A program made the translations under genes and the position numbers. 64,000 nucleotides of DNA from Bacillales bacterium UBA4694 (lineage in GTDB: Bacteria; Bacillota_I; Bacilli_A; RFN20; CAG-288). Within the stretch, counting starts at the first letter, position 1, and every line of letters starts with the position of its first letter. The DNA lies in NCBI GenBank assembly GCA_002404835.1, contig DHKM01000005.1:558-64557 (forward strand), given 5' to 3'. Shown piece by piece: positions 36,336-46,607 of this stretch. The notes below the pieces were generated by a model. It was not told the DNA's origin and made no database searches. It worked only from the letters and a program-made list of their open reading frames with translations.

Positions 36336-37841
36336 TTATTTTAGCTGAAGTTTCTTATTTCCGTGATAATCGGGATCATTCTTGTTGAAGAATACGGTTT
36401 TGATCAATGGAACGATCATGATGCTGACTGCGGCTATCCAGGCAAGCGGATCGGCAAGGCTGACTGCGATGAAGCTCAGACTGCTTGCGGATGAGTTGAT
36501 CGGACCGCCGTTAACAAGCTGTGGTAGGAAGAGACAGCAGACGGTTCTGGCAGCGAGTTCTCCGATTCCGGCAAGGAACGGGAACAGAGGATGGTTCAGG
36601 CCCTGAAGGGAATGTCTGCAGATGAATAGAACAAGCAAGATCAGATCGCATGGAACACAAAGATACAGATAGAGGTTTCCGTAATGGATGGCTTCCGGTG
36701 TGATGTTGTCTGGCTTGAGGAAGATGTGCATGTAAGCTCCGTTGATGGTGATAAGAAGACCTACTGCGGTAAGGATGGCATAGCTGATCAGTCCGATGGT
36801 ACTTCCGATGATGAGCCCTTTTTTGATTCGCTTGTATTCTCCAGCACCTTGGTTCTGACCGAGATAAGTCATCATGGCGATTGCAATGGATTGGTAGACG
36901 TTCATGATCATAAGGTTGATCTTGCAGGCAATGGAGTACCCGACCTGTGCCGGGGTTCCGACAACCAGGGTTCCACTTGCCGTATAGTCAAAGGCGATGA
37001 CTCCCATCTGCATGATGATGACGCCGATTTCGAGAATGGAAGACTGTAGACCTAAAGGAAGACCAAGCTTCAGATGGTCGATGATAAAGTCGGAACTGAC
37101 TTTCAGATCTCCCTTCTGATAATGCAGATAATCGTACTTCTTGAAAGCGTAGATGAAGCAGGCGACTGTGGCTAAGGCTTCGGCAAGAACGGTCGCCCAG
37201 GCACTGCCGACAACACCCCACTTCAGAGGAACGATGAATAGCCAGTCAAGGAAGATGTTCAGTATGACGCCGAGAATCAAGAAGATAAAAGGAGTGAAGC
37301 TATCACCTAAGGCTCGGAGGTTGGAAAAGATGAAGTTGTAGAACATATTGGCGAAAATTCCCAAAAAGATGATGAAGAGATAGTCGTGAGCGGATTCGTA
37401 GAGGAGCTGTTGGTTGGCATCAATCTCGCTTGGATTGATTTTCATAAGACTTAACAAACCATTTGTTCCCAAACAGAAGCCGATGGTTAGAAGAACGGTC
37501 ATGACTAAGCAAAGCAAGAATTGATTATAGAAACTTTTTCTTGCGTTGTTTAAGTTGTTCTCTCCGATTTTATGAGAGATAACAACAGAAAATCCTGAAG
37601 TTACACCGATACAGAACTGAAGTGCTATAGAACTAAGACATCCGACATCGTTGATACCTGCAATCTCGTAAGGACCGAGGTTTTGACCGACTATGATAGC
37701 ATCTGTCAATGTAAATAGCTGTTGGAAGACAAGACTTAGAAGAATCGGAACCATGAAAAGAAGGATGTCTTTTGTGATGTTTCCTTTTGTTAAATCAATC
37801 GGATCGAATAGTTTTTTGAATTTTTGCCAAATATTACCCAT
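36336..37841 (-). CDS. MATE-family efflux transporter
   Basis: 501 aa, 12 predicted TM segments, typical MATE N-terminus (ITKDILLFMVPILLSLVFQQLFTLTDAIIVG). SD AAAGGTGA. Confidence 0.85.
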   Translation of the reverse strand: MGNIWQKFKKLFDPIDLTKGNITKDILLFMVPILLSLVFQQLFTLTDAIIVGQNLGPYEIAGINDVGCLSSIALQFCIGVTSGFSVVISHKIGENNLNNARKSFYNQFLLCLVMTVLLTIGFCLGTNGLLSLMKINPSEIDANQQLLYESAHDYLFIIFLGIFANMFYNFIFSNLRALGDSFTPFIFLILGVILNIFLDWLFIVPLKWGVVGSAWATVLAEALATVACFIYAFKKYDYLHYQKGDLKVSSDFIIDHLKLGLPLGLQSSILEIGVIIMQMGVIAFDYTASGTLVVGTPAQVGYSIACKINLMIMNVYQSIAIAMMTYLGQNQGAGEYKRIKKGLIIGSTIGLISYAILTAVGLLITINGAYMHIFLKPDNITPEAIHYGNLYLYLCVPCDLILLVLFICRHSLQGLNHPLFPFLAGIGELAARTVCCLFLPQLVNGGPINSSASSLSFIAVSLADPLAWIAAVSIMIVPLIKTVFFNKNDPDYHGNKKLQLK

Positions 37842-37945
37842 ATAAGATTCACCTTTGAATATCGTTCAATAGAATAATGATTTTTTGTTTTAATTCAAGT
37901 CCGTATAAGCGCTTTTAGGATAAATTGTATTTATGCTCACACATA

Positions 37946-37969
37946 AGAAAAGCCAGGCTTTCGCCTGGC
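37946..37969 (-). terminator. Rho-independent terminator of serS
   Basis: Stem GCCAGGC / GCCTGGC (37952-37969) with a 4-nt loop, followed on the minus strand by TTTTCTT. Confidence 0.85.
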
Positions 37970-37982
37970 AGAAGGTTTGATG

Positions 37983-39305
37983 TTATTTGATGACATCCAT
38001 ATGCATATATGGACGCAGGACTTCCGGAACTGTGATACTTCCATCTTCGTTCTGATAATTTTCGATGATGGCTGCAACGGTTCTTCCGACAGCGAGTCCG
38101 GAACCATTCAAGGTATGGACGAATTCGGTCTTGCTGTCCTTGCTTCTCTTGAAACGGATATTCATACGTCTTGCCTGGTAATCCGTGTCATTGGAGCAGG
38201 AGGAGATTTCTTTGTAGACTTTGGTGGTAGGAACCCACTTTCCATCTTTCTCTTCATAGTCGTTATAGGAAGGCATCCAGACTTCGATGTCATAGCACTT
38301 TGCTGCCGAGAATCCGACATCTCCGGTGGACAGACAAACACGACGATAAGGAAGCTTGAGGAGTTCGAGGATTCTTTCGGCTTCTTCGGTCATGGATTCA
38401 AGTTCTTCAAAGGAATGTTCCGGAAGAGAGAATTTGACCATTTCGACTTTCTGGAACTGGTGCTGACGGATGATACCTCTGGTATCTCTTCCGGCGGCTC
38501 CGGCTTCGGCACGGAAGCAGGAGGAGTAGGCACAGAATCTCTTCGGAAGATCGTCGGCAGAGAGGATTTCGTCACGATAAAGATTGGTAACAGGAACTTC
38601 AGCTGTCGGAATCAGCCAATATTCTTCGCCGGTGTTGTTTGTCATATAGGCCTGATCGGCAAATTTTGGAAGCTGACCGGTACCCGTCAGGGATGCTGTA
38701 TTTACAAGATAAGGAGGAAGGACTTCTGTGAACCCGTTTGCGACATGGGTATCCAACATAAAGGCTGCGACACTTCTTTCAAGTTTGGCAAAGGCACCCA
38801 TATAGAAGGTGAAGCGGGAACCTGTGACTTTGGCAGCTCTATCGACATCGAATCCGCCAAGTCTCTGACCGATTTCCCAATGGGCAAGCGGCTTGAAAGT
38901 GAAGGTTGTCGGTTCAGAATAGTATTTCTCAGGACGATTGAAGGTATCGTCTGTTCCAATCGGAAGCGATTTGTCCGGGAGATTCGGAGTCTTGAGCATC
39001 ATCTCACGGATTTCTTCTTCGACTTCGGCTCTTTCTTTGTCGAGTCTTGCCATTTCTTCTTTGTCGAAGGAAATCTTCTTCATGAGCTCATTGGCTTCTG
39101 CGTCCTTGTGCTGAGCTTTGAGCTTTCCGATGTTCTTGGACTGAGTGTTTCTTTCTGCTTTCAGGGCTTCTGCCTTGACAATGCAGTCTCTTCTTTTCTG
39201 ATCAAGAACCGGTAATTCTCTAAGGTAGGAGAAGTCTCCGGTTCTGGTAGTGAGGCGTTCTATGACTTCGTCGAGGTTGTCGATGACATATTTCACATCT
39301 AACAT
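37983..39305 (-). CDS. serS: Seryl-tRNA synthetase
   Basis: 440 aa. N-terminal coiled-coil arm. Class II motifs [25 protein letters not shown] and [18 protein letters not shown]. Confidence 0.95.
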   Translation of the reverse strand: MLDVKYVIDNLDEVIERLTTRTGDFSYLRELPVLDQKRRDCIVKAEALKAERNTQSKNIGKLKAQHKDAEANELMKKISFDKEEMARLDKERAEVEEEIREMMLKTPNLPDKSLPIGTDDTFNRPEKYYSEPTTFTFKPLAHWEIGQRLGGFDVDRAAKVTGSRFTFYMGAFAKLERSVAAFMLDTHVANGFTEVLPPYLVNTASLTGTGQLPKFADQAYMTNNTGEEYWLIPTAEVPVTNLYRDEILSADDLPKRFCAYSSCFRAEAGAAGRDTRGIIRQHQFQKVEMVKFSLPEHSFEELESMTEEAERILELLKLPYRRVCLSTGDVGFSAAKCYDIEVWMPSYNDYEEKDGKWVPTTKVYKEISSCSNDTDYQARRMNIRFKRSKDSKTEFVHTLNGSGLAVGRTVAAIIENYQNEDGSITVPEVLRPYMHMDVIK

Positions 39306-39373
39306 ATGATTATCTCCTTGTTTATCAATATAAATATAGACTTATGGTTTGTTGTTATCAAGATAGAGATGAT

Positions 39374-40234
39374 TTAAAGATTTGAAATGAAGTGATACAA
39401 AGACGGAAAATCTTCTGGAAATATGGCGTTCAGTTTCTTTAACAGAGCTAGGTTGAATGAGGGTTTAAAGGAAAGAATCGGCGTATTTGTGGAAGAAAAA
39501 TCGTAAAGAACATTCGGAAAACACTGAGATCGGGTATAAAGAAGAAGACAGTCGACACTATGGGTTGCGGAACGATAGAGTTCTTCTGGCATTACATCCA
39601 GGAAGAGCAGGTTATTCATGGTCGCCATGCTCTCCTTCTTTTTCTCTTTGATGGATGACATGTCCAAACTTCCGAAACAGAGGAATCTTTTGTCTGGAGA
39701 GAGCATTGCCAGCTTTTCGATTTTATCGATATCTTTTTTTGAGAAATCGTTTCCCATGAAAAGAATCAGCTTGGTTTCGTCATCAATCTGATAGTAAGAA
39801 CGGAAGCTTTTCCGCTCGCTTTCCAATGGGATTTCATCGCGGTAGGTCTCCTCCAATTCAAGGAGCTGGATTTTGTCTTCTTTGAATCCGGAGTTGAGAA
39901 GGAAGTCTTTCTGTTCTTTGGTGTAGACAAGCAGCCCATCTGCTCGATGGTAGGCATTTAAGGCATCGCTTGTCAAAGATACTTTTCTTGATTCAGGACA
40001 GATGACGTCTTCAGGATCGGATAGGGCAAGGATGTTTACTCGATCGCCAGGCTTTACTTCTTTGCTCAGATAACAGTAGTCGTATCCGGACGGAAAAAGA
40101 ATAATGTCTCTTTTCTCATTCGGATCTAAGGTAAATGGGAGACTATGACGTCTTAGGTTTGCGATGAGGTTTTGCTTTACGACATAGCTGAAAGAATCTT
40201 TCAGATGCGGTTTATGGAAAGAAAGATAAATCAT
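39374..40234 (-). CDS. Hypothetical protein (weak GT-B glycosyltransferase-like features)
   Basis: 286 aa with SD AAGGAGGGG. The function guess rests only on loose similarity of KLILFMGNDFSKKD... to GT4 C-terminal halves. Confidence 0.4.
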   Translation of the reverse strand: MIYLSFHKPHLKDSFSYVVKQNLIANLRRHSLPFTLDPNEKRDIILFPSGYDYCYLSKEVKPGDRVNILALSDPEDVICPESRKVSLTSDALNAYHRADGLLVYTKEQKDFLLNSGFKEDKIQLLELEETYRDEIPLESERKSFRSYYQIDDETKLILFMGNDFSKKDIDKIEKLAMLSPDKRFLCFGSLDMSSIKEKKKESMATMNNLLFLDVMPEELYRSATHSVDCLLLYTRSQCFPNVLYDFSSTNTPILSFKPSFNLALLKKLNAIFPEDFPSLYHFISNL

Positions 40235-40249
40235 AGCCCCTCCTTTTTA

Positions 40250-42886
40250 TTATTCTTCGTCGGATGAATCGTCTTCGGTTGCTCTTTCAAGCAGAGCATC
40301 CAATGCTTTCTTGTCGTCTTCTTCCTGTTTTTCTTCTGCCTTATCTTCGATTTCCGGCAGAGTTGCTTCGTAGTCACTTTCGCTCGGAAGAATCGAACAG
40401 GAGGAAATCTCTTCTCCGCTTCTTAAGGTCATGACCTTGATACCCATGGTATTTCTGGACATTTCCCTGAATTGACTGAGACTTGTTCTGAAGGTGGTTC
40501 CTTGGTTGGTGATGATGATGATATCTTCGTCTCCGTGGACATTCTTGATGGTTACGAGTTTTCCGTTCTTTTCGCCTTCACGGATTGTCTTTACACCTTT
40601 TCCGCCACGGCTTGTGATTCTATATTCGGTGCAGTCTGTGATTTTTCCATATCCGTTTTCGGTCAGGGAGAAAATCTTATTTCCTTCAATAGAGGAGACA
40701 ACGCCGACAATCTTTTCGTTTTCGGGAATATCCATACCGCGGACACCGGCCGCATTTCTTCCCATACAGCGAACGTCGCTTTCATAGAAGCTACAGACTT
40801 TGCCTTCACTGGAAGCAAGGCTTACGATGGCATTCCCATTGGTGCATTTGACGTCAAGAAGGCTATCTCCTTCTCGTAGCGCAATTGCATTCTTTCCGTT
40901 GGATTTGATGTTTTCGAATTCTTTTCCGGAAACTCTCTTGACGACACCTTTTTCAGTAGAGAAGAAGAGGAATGATTTTTCATAGTCATCCATGGAGATG
41001 ATGGAGTTGATTTTCTCTCCATCGAGAAGTCTGAGGAAGTTGACAACCGGGATGCCTTTGCTGACTCTTCCGCCTTCCTGAATCTGGTAACCTCTGCATT
41101 GGTAGACTCTACCAGTGTTGGTGAAGAAGAGGACGTCAGTTTTGGTTCTGCTATGGCGGAGGATTTCTACTTCATCGTTATCCTTTGTCTGCATTCCCTT
41201 GACTCCGACCCCGCCTCTGTTCTGAGCACGGAATTCGCTTGGATCAACTCTCTTGATGTATCCGGCCTTGGTAAGGATGATAAGGATTTCTTTATTCGGA
41301 ATCAAATCTTCATCGGATTCATCATAGTCGGAATCGGATATTTCTGTTCTTCTGTCGTCTCCGTATTTTTTCTTGATTTCTTCCAATTCATCAATCAAAG
41401 TATCTTCCAAAACACTCTGACTAGAAAGTATGAGGTTGTATCTCTCACAATCTTTCGTGAGTCCGTTCTTTTCATCAAGATATTTCTGATATTCAAGACC
41501 AGTGAGTTTTCTCAGCGTCATGTCGAGAATGGCCTTGCACTGAATATCGTCGAGATGGAATCTTTCTTCCAATCTTGCTGTGGCTTCTTCATTGGTTTTG
41601 GAGGAACGGATGATGTGGATGGCTTCGTCGATGGCGTCGGAGATGGCGATGATACCATCAAGGATATGAATCCTGTCGCTTGCTTTTTTCAGGTCAAACT
41701 GAGTGCGTCTGGTAATAATCTGTTCCTGGAATTTGATATAGATATCCAAAGCCTGACGCATGGTAAGGACCTTCGGAGTGCCATTATCGATGGCAAGCAT
41801 GTTAACGGGGAAGTTGCTTTGAAGCGCAGTGTAATGGAAAAGATGATTCAGAACAAGATCAGGGATTGCCCCTTTCTTAAGGATGACAACAAAATGAGTT
41901 CCCATTTTCTGAGATGAATAGTCGGCCACACTTGCGATACCATCGATGGTCTTGTTGTCGGCTAAATCGGCGATATGCTTGGCAAGATCTCTCTTGTTGA
42001 CCATATATGGGAGTTCGTAGAAGACGATTTCATAGTGTCCGTTTTTCTCTTCCATCCGGTATTTGGCACGGACCTTGACCGAACCTCTTCCGGTTTCGTA
42101 ATAGCGGCGGATTCCGCTTCTTCCGAGAATGGTTCCACCACCCGGGAAATCGGGGCCTTTCATGATTCCCATGATGTCGAGCGTCGACATTTCAGGATTC
42201 TTGATCAAAGCTTGGACGCAGGAAATCGTTTCTCTGAGGTTATGCGGAGGAATCGAGGTTGCCATACCGACAGCAATACCTGAGGTCTCGTTGCAAAGAA
42301 GGTTCGGGAAACGGGAGGGAAGAACGGTCGGTTCTTTGCCTTCTGCATCGTAGGTATCCATGAAAGGAACAGTGTCCTTTTCGATGTCCTTGCACATTTC
42401 CAAAGCAATTTTAGAAAGTCTTGCTTCGGTGTAACGGGAAGCTGCTGGTTCGTCGCCATCCGGCGATCCGAAGTTTCCGTGACCTTGGACGAGTGTATAA
42501 CGCATTGCGAAATCCTGGGCAAGACGGCACATGGCAAGATAAATGGCGGAATCACCATGTGGGTGATATTTACCCATGACGTCGCCGACGACACGGGCAC
42601 TCTTCTTGAATGGCTTGTCTGGAGTGACACCCATATCGTACATATCGAAGATGATACGTCTTTGGACCGGCTTCATTCCGTCTCTTGCATCCGGGACGGA
42701 ACGGGATGTTAAAGTGGATACGGCATAGTCGAGGAAAGATGCTTTTACTTCTTTTCCGAATTCATCCGGAGTAATACCAGCTACGATACCTTCCTGTAAA
42801 CCGACGATTCCGGCTCCCGTATCGGAGGTCTGGCTATCCTTGTTTTCGATGGTTTCTTTTTCTGCTTTGTTTTCTTCTTCAGCCAT
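40250..42886 (-). CDS. gyrA: DNA gyrase subunit A
   Basis: 878 aa. Motifs GKYHPHGDSAIY and AASRYTEARL (catalytic Tyr), C-terminal beta-pinwheel repeats, acidic tail. Confidence 0.95.
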   Translation of the reverse strand: MAEEENKAEKETIENKDSQTSDTGAGIVGLQEGIVAGITPDEFGKEVKASFLDYAVSTLTSRSVPDARDGMKPVQRRIIFDMYDMGVTPDKPFKKSARVVGDVMGKYHPHGDSAIYLAMCRLAQDFAMRYTLVQGHGNFGSPDGDEPAASRYTEARLSKIALEMCKDIEKDTVPFMDTYDAEGKEPTVLPSRFPNLLCNETSGIAVGMATSIPPHNLRETISCVQALIKNPEMSTLDIMGIMKGPDFPGGGTILGRSGIRRYYETGRGSVKVRAKYRMEEKNGHYEIVFYELPYMVNKRDLAKHIADLADNKTIDGIASVADYSSQKMGTHFVVILKKGAIPDLVLNHLFHYTALQSNFPVNMLAIDNGTPKVLTMRQALDIYIKFQEQIITRRTQFDLKKASDRIHILDGIIAISDAIDEAIHIIRSSKTNEEATARLEERFHLDDIQCKAILDMTLRKLTGLEYQKYLDEKNGLTKDCERYNLILSSQSVLEDTLIDELEEIKKKYGDDRRTEISDSDYDESDEDLIPNKEILIILTKAGYIKRVDPSEFRAQNRGGVGVKGMQTKDNDEVEILRHSRTKTDVLFFTNTGRVYQCRGYQIQEGGRVSKGIPVVNFLRLLDGEKINSIISMDDYEKSFLFFSTEKGVVKRVSGKEFENIKSNGKNAIALREGDSLLDVKCTNGNAIVSLASSEGKVCSFYESDVRCMGRNAAGVRGMDIPENEKIVGVVSSIEGNKIFSLTENGYGKITDCTEYRITSRGGKGVKTIREGEKNGKLVTIKNVHGDEDIIIITNQGTTFRTSLSQFREMSRNTMGIKVMTLRSGEEISSCSILPSESDYEATLPEIEDKAEEKQEEDDKKALDALLERATEDDSSDEE

Positions 42887-42901
42887 TTTCTTTTCCTCCT
42901 A

Positions 42902-45100
42902 TTAGATATCGAGATTTTTGACGAACTTGGCGTTTGCGGTGATGAAGTCTTTTCTCGGTTCGACATTTTCTCCCATCAGATCGATGAGAGCATCATTGGC
43001 GTCTTCGGCGTCTTCGATGGTCACTTGAAGCATACGTCTATGGTTCTTGTCCATGGTCGTCTCATCAAGCTGATCCGGATCCATTTCACCGAGACCTTTG
43101 TAACGCTGCAATCCATATCTTGCGTTTGCAGGTAGTTTTGCTTTGATTTCGTCTAATTCCTGATCGTTGAAGGCGTAATAGAACTTTCCTTGATAGGATA
43201 CACGATAAAGCGGAGGCTGGGCGATGTAAAGGTGTCCTGTTTCGACAAGCGGTCTCATGAATCGATAGAAGAAGGTCATCAGCAGGATTCTGATATGGGA
43301 TCCATCGACATCGGCATCGGTCATGATGATGACTTTATCGAATTTGATCTTCGAGACATCAAAACTGTCTCCCTGTCCAGCACCGATTGCCTGGACCATA
43401 TTGTAGATTTCGGCATTCTTTTCGATTCTGGTTGCCTGTGCTTTCTCTACGTTCAGAATCTTACCTCTTAGCGGAAGGATGGCCTGCGTTTTGGCGTCTC
43501 TTCCTTGAACGGCAGAACCGCCTGCGGAATTACCCTCGACGATGAACAGCTCTCTTTCTTTCGGATCTTTGGAGATACAGTCTGTAAGTTTGTCCGGCAT
43601 ACCGGCACCGACGGACAGCTTTCCGTTGGCAAGTGCTCTTGCTCTTTCGGCTGCTTTTCTTCCTTTGAAGGCAAGAATGACTCTTTCATACCAGGCTCTT
43701 CCTTCTTTCGGATGCTCCATAAGCCAGTCTTTGAGATAGTCTCCGACGATGGAGGAGACGACCTTTCTGACTTCGTCGTTCCCGAGTTTGTCTTTGACCT
43801 GTCCTTCATACTGGGGATTGGAGTGCTTGATGCTTAAGACGACGGTCAGACCTTCCAGGCAGTCTTCGCTTCGGAAGTTGTCGTCACTTTCTTTGAGCCA
43901 TTCTTTTGTACGGAAATAATTATTGAGTTCTCTTCCTAAGGCAAGACGGAATCCTTCTTCGTGGGTTCCTCCGCCTGTAGTTCTGATGTTGTTGCAGAAC
44001 GAATTCATATTGACGATGCCACCTTTGGTAGGCTGCATGGCGCATTCGACGATGATGGTCGTCGGCTTGGCTCCATCGATTCCGCCGGTCTGTACGGTGG
44101 ATTCGCCGGCAATGTATGGGATGGCTTCGAATGTTTTGTCTTTGTTCTGGTTGATGTAGGCGACATATTCCTGAATACCACCCTGGAAACAGTAATGGGT
44201 TTTCTTGATCTCTTCAGGATTTCTCAGATCTTCCAGCGTGATATCGAGTCCTTTGGTCAAGAACGCGGTCTGACGAATATAGGTATCGATAGTGGAGAAA
44301 TCGAATACGGTCGTCTCCTTGAAGATGAGAGGATCGGGAGTGAATTCGACGGTCGTTCCGGTCTTATCCATAGGGCATTGTCCGATTACCTGCAATCCCG
44401 GAGCAATGGTATGTCCTCCGTTTTCAAAACGGATCTGATGGATTTTGCCTTCACGATAGACGGTAACGACGACATAGGTGGACAAAGCGTTGACGGCCTT
44501 GACACCGACACCATGGAGACCACCGGAAATCTTGTATCCGGTTTTGTCGTTGAACTTTCCGCCGGCATGGAGAATCGTGTAGACGGTTTCCACTGTCGAA
44601 AGGCCGGACTGCTTGTTGATTTCCGTCGGAATACCACGGCCGTCATCGGATACGGAAATCCGGTTGATGGGATTTTCCTTTGTTCCCGGAAGAATCGTTA
44701 CCTTGATGTGCTTACAATATCCGGCCATGGCTTCATCGATACCGTTGTCGACGGCTTCTCTGACAAGGTGGTGAAGACCTTTGCTGGATGTGGTTCCAAT
44801 ATACATACCCGGTCTTTGACGGACGGCTTCCAGTCCCTGAAGAATCTGGATGTCGTCTGCGGTGTAGTCTTCTTTGGCCTGGAGTGCTTTTTCTTCGGTT
44901 TCTTCGTTGATGTCTTTGTGTTCGACGTGCTCGACGTTGAAGTTTTCCTGCTTGACAGGTTCGACGGGTTTCTTTTCTTCTGGCTGAGGCTTATTGGAGC
45001 CTTCGTCTTTGGCGACTCTTTCTACTTTCGCCTTCTGGCGTTCGTAGGCTTCCTGACGCCTCTTTTCGGCTTCGGTCAATTCTTTTGTTTCTTCTTGCAT
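42902..45100 (-). CDS. gyrB: DNA gyrase subunit B with a charged N-terminal extension of about 70 aa
   Basis: 732 aa. Motifs LHHLVREAVDNGIDEA and GGLHGVGVKAVNALS; Toprim ELFIVEGNSAGGSA and IIMTDADVDGSHI. SD GGAGGA. Confidence 0.95.
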   Translation of the reverse strand: MQEETKELTEAEKRRQEAYERQKAKVERVAKDEGSNKPQPEEKKPVEPVKQENFNVEHVEHKDINEETEEKALQAKEDYTADDIQILQGLEAVRQRPGMYIGTTSSKGLHHLVREAVDNGIDEAMAGYCKHIKVTILPGTKENPINRISVSDDGRGIPTEINKQSGLSTVETVYTILHAGGKFNDKTGYKISGGLHGVGVKAVNALSTYVVVTVYREGKIHQIRFENGGHTIAPGLQVIGQCPMDKTGTTVEFTPDPLIFKETTVFDFSTIDTYIRQTAFLTKGLDITLEDLRNPEEIKKTHYCFQGGIQEYVAYINQNKDKTFEAIPYIAGESTVQTGGIDGAKPTTIIVECAMQPTKGGIVNMNSFCNNIRTTGGGTHEEGFRLALGRELNNYFRTKEWLKESDDNFRSEDCLEGLTVVLSIKHSNPQYEGQVKDKLGNDEVRKVVSSIVGDYLKDWLMEHPKEGRAWYERVILAFKGRKAAERARALANGKLSVGAGMPDKLTDCISKDPKERELFIVEGNSAGGSAVQGRDAKTQAILPLRGKILNVEKAQATRIEKNAEIYNMVQAIGAGQGDSFDVSKIKFDKVIIMTDADVDGSHIRILLMTFFYRFMRPLVETGHLYIAQPPLYRVSYQGKFYYAFNDQELDEIKAKLPANARYGLQRYKGLGEMDPDQLDETTMDKNHRRMLQVTIEDAEDANDALIDLMGENVEPRKDFITANAKFVKNLDI

Positions 45101-45102
45101 GA

Positions 45103-46200
45103 TTAATTCCTCCGAGATAATTCTGATTTGGTGTCTGAGGTTTCGTAAATGGTATAGTTTTGCAGTCCCTGCGGAAGTCTGGTTCCGGTGACAAAGGTCT
45201 GACCGGACTTTTCGGCATAGGACAATATTCTTCTGCTTCGTTCTTCGTCCAAGTCGCTGGTTACATCATCCAGTAGCAGGATAGGGGAACGGTCAAGTAT
45301 CTGCTGTATTTCATGAAAGAGACTGAATTTCAGCGCTAGGGAAGCGATTCGGTTTTCTCCCTGACTTCCATAGTCGGCAATTGGTTTCTTTCCGATTAGA
45401 CCGATAAGATTGTCTCTATGGGGCCCGATCAGAGTCGTTCCGCGTATGTTTTCAAGGGATTTGTTGCTTTCGAAGAGATGTATGGAGTTTTCGACGAAGG
45501 ATTTTTGGTCATCATCGAGGGGGCAGTTGGTTTTGTATTGGAGCTGAAAGCCTTCGTTTTCACCGAACAGTTCTGTATAAATCTGCTGTATGATCCTGTT
45601 GATGCTGAGTACGAGTCTTTTCCGTTCGTAGACAATTCGGTAGGAGACGTTGATCAGCTGGTTCCTGTAGGCATTTATGATGTCGATGTCTCCGCTCTGG
45701 CTGAGAGCTGCGTTTCTCTCTTTCAGCAGTTTTTTGTATCTGCCGATGGAATAGAGATAGCCGGGGTACAGCTGACTTAGTGTTTCATCGAGGAGCTTCC
45801 TTCGGACACCAGGCTCGTCTTTGAAGAAGAAAACCTGGCTTGGCTCATAGCAGACCGCAATCAGCTTGCCTAGAATCATAGAGAGTTTATGAACCTCATC
45901 GTCGTCGATGGCAAACAGTTTCCCTTTAGAAGATATGACACAGGATATGGTGTGGATCAAACTGTCTTTCTCGTCATAGAATTCCAAATAGATGCTTGCT
46001 TCTTTTTGGCCTCTTTGGATGAGATTTGTATCATCTGCTTTTCGGAAGCTTCTTCCTAGAGTCAGATAATAGATTGCCTCAATGATATTGGTCTTTCCGG
46101 AGCTGTTTGGTCCAGTGAGGAATACGGAAGAGGATGGGAATTCGATTTCCAGTGATGGGTAGGATCTGAAATTGTGAAGAATCAGTCTTTTGGCGTACAT
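45103..46200 (-). CDS. recF: DNA replication and repair protein RecF
   Basis: 365 aa. Walker A GPNSSGKTNI, signature GSQGENRIASLALKF, Walker B ILLLDDVTSDLD. Confidence 0.95.
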   Translation of the reverse strand: MYAKRLILHNFRSYPSLEIEFPSSSVFLTGPNSSGKTNIIEAIYYLTLGRSFRKADDTNLIQRGQKEASIYLEFYDEKDSLIHTISCVISSKGKLFAIDDDEVHKLSMILGKLIAVCYEPSQVFFFKDEPGVRRKLLDETLSQLYPGYLYSIGRYKKLLKERNAALSQSGDIDIINAYRNQLINVSYRIVYERKRLVLSINRIIQQIYTELFGENEGFQLQYKTNCPLDDDQKSFVENSIHLFESNKSLENIRGTTLIGPHRDNLIGLIGKKPIADYGSQGENRIASLALKFSLFHEIQQILDRSPILLLDDVTSDLDEERSRRILSYAEKSGQTFVTGTRLPQGLQNYTIYETSDTKSELSRRN

Positions 46201-46412
46201 GTTACCTGATAGATAACCCCGTCAATTTTGACGATGTCTCCGGGTCTTACTTTCTTGCCTCTTCGTGTTTCCTTTTCGCCATTGAATGTGACGTCATGAG
46301 AGCTCAAGAAGAGTTTTTCTTCTCCTCCGTTGGAAATCAGCTTGAAATGTTTGATCATTTGTCCGAGCGTGATGTAATCGTCTTTGATGATCATGGTTTT
46401 GTTGTCTTCCAT
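46182..46412 (-). CDS. yaaA: S4-domain RNA-binding protein (YaaA-like)
   Basis: Start moved to MEDNKTMIIKDDYITLGQ (ATG ending at 46412, SD GAGGAG). 76 aa. Overlaps the recF start by 19 nt. Confidence 0.8.
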   Translation of the reverse strand: MEDNKTMIIKDDYITLGQMIKHFKLISNGGEEKLFLSSHDVTFNGEKETRRGKKVRPGDIVKIDGVIYQVTCTPKD

Positions 46413-46450
46413 ATAAATCTCCTCTTCATGTAAAAAGCACTTATAAAACA

Positions 46451-46483
46451 TATATTATTATATATTATATATATATAATAAGC
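46451..46483. repeat. TA-rich low-complexity tract directly upstream of yaaA
   Basis: Sequence is ATATATTATTATATATTATATATATATAATAAG. Confidence 0.8.
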
Positions 46484-46580
46484 TATTAGTTTTTGCCTGT
46501 TTTCCATGCTTTTTTGGAAAATGGAAAGAATGTAAAAAGTGGTTTACTTTTATAAAGAGAAAAATTCCTGATACTGAAAA

Positions 46581-46607
46581 ATGCATATAGGTCAATTCTA
46601 TATGCAT
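46581..46607 (-). terminator. Hairpin overlapping the stop of the 46598..47407 gene
   Basis: Perfect 10-bp inverted repeat ATGCATATAG / CTATATGCAT with a 7-nt loop, followed on the minus strand by TTTTCAG. Confidence 0.5.

Noticed and set aside
37977-39215. 412-aa plus-strand ORF
   Set aside because: It is antisense to serS, whose class II synthetase motifs are unambiguous.
43961-45106. 381-aa plus-strand ORF
   Set aside because: It is antisense to gyrB. Same codon-bias artefact.
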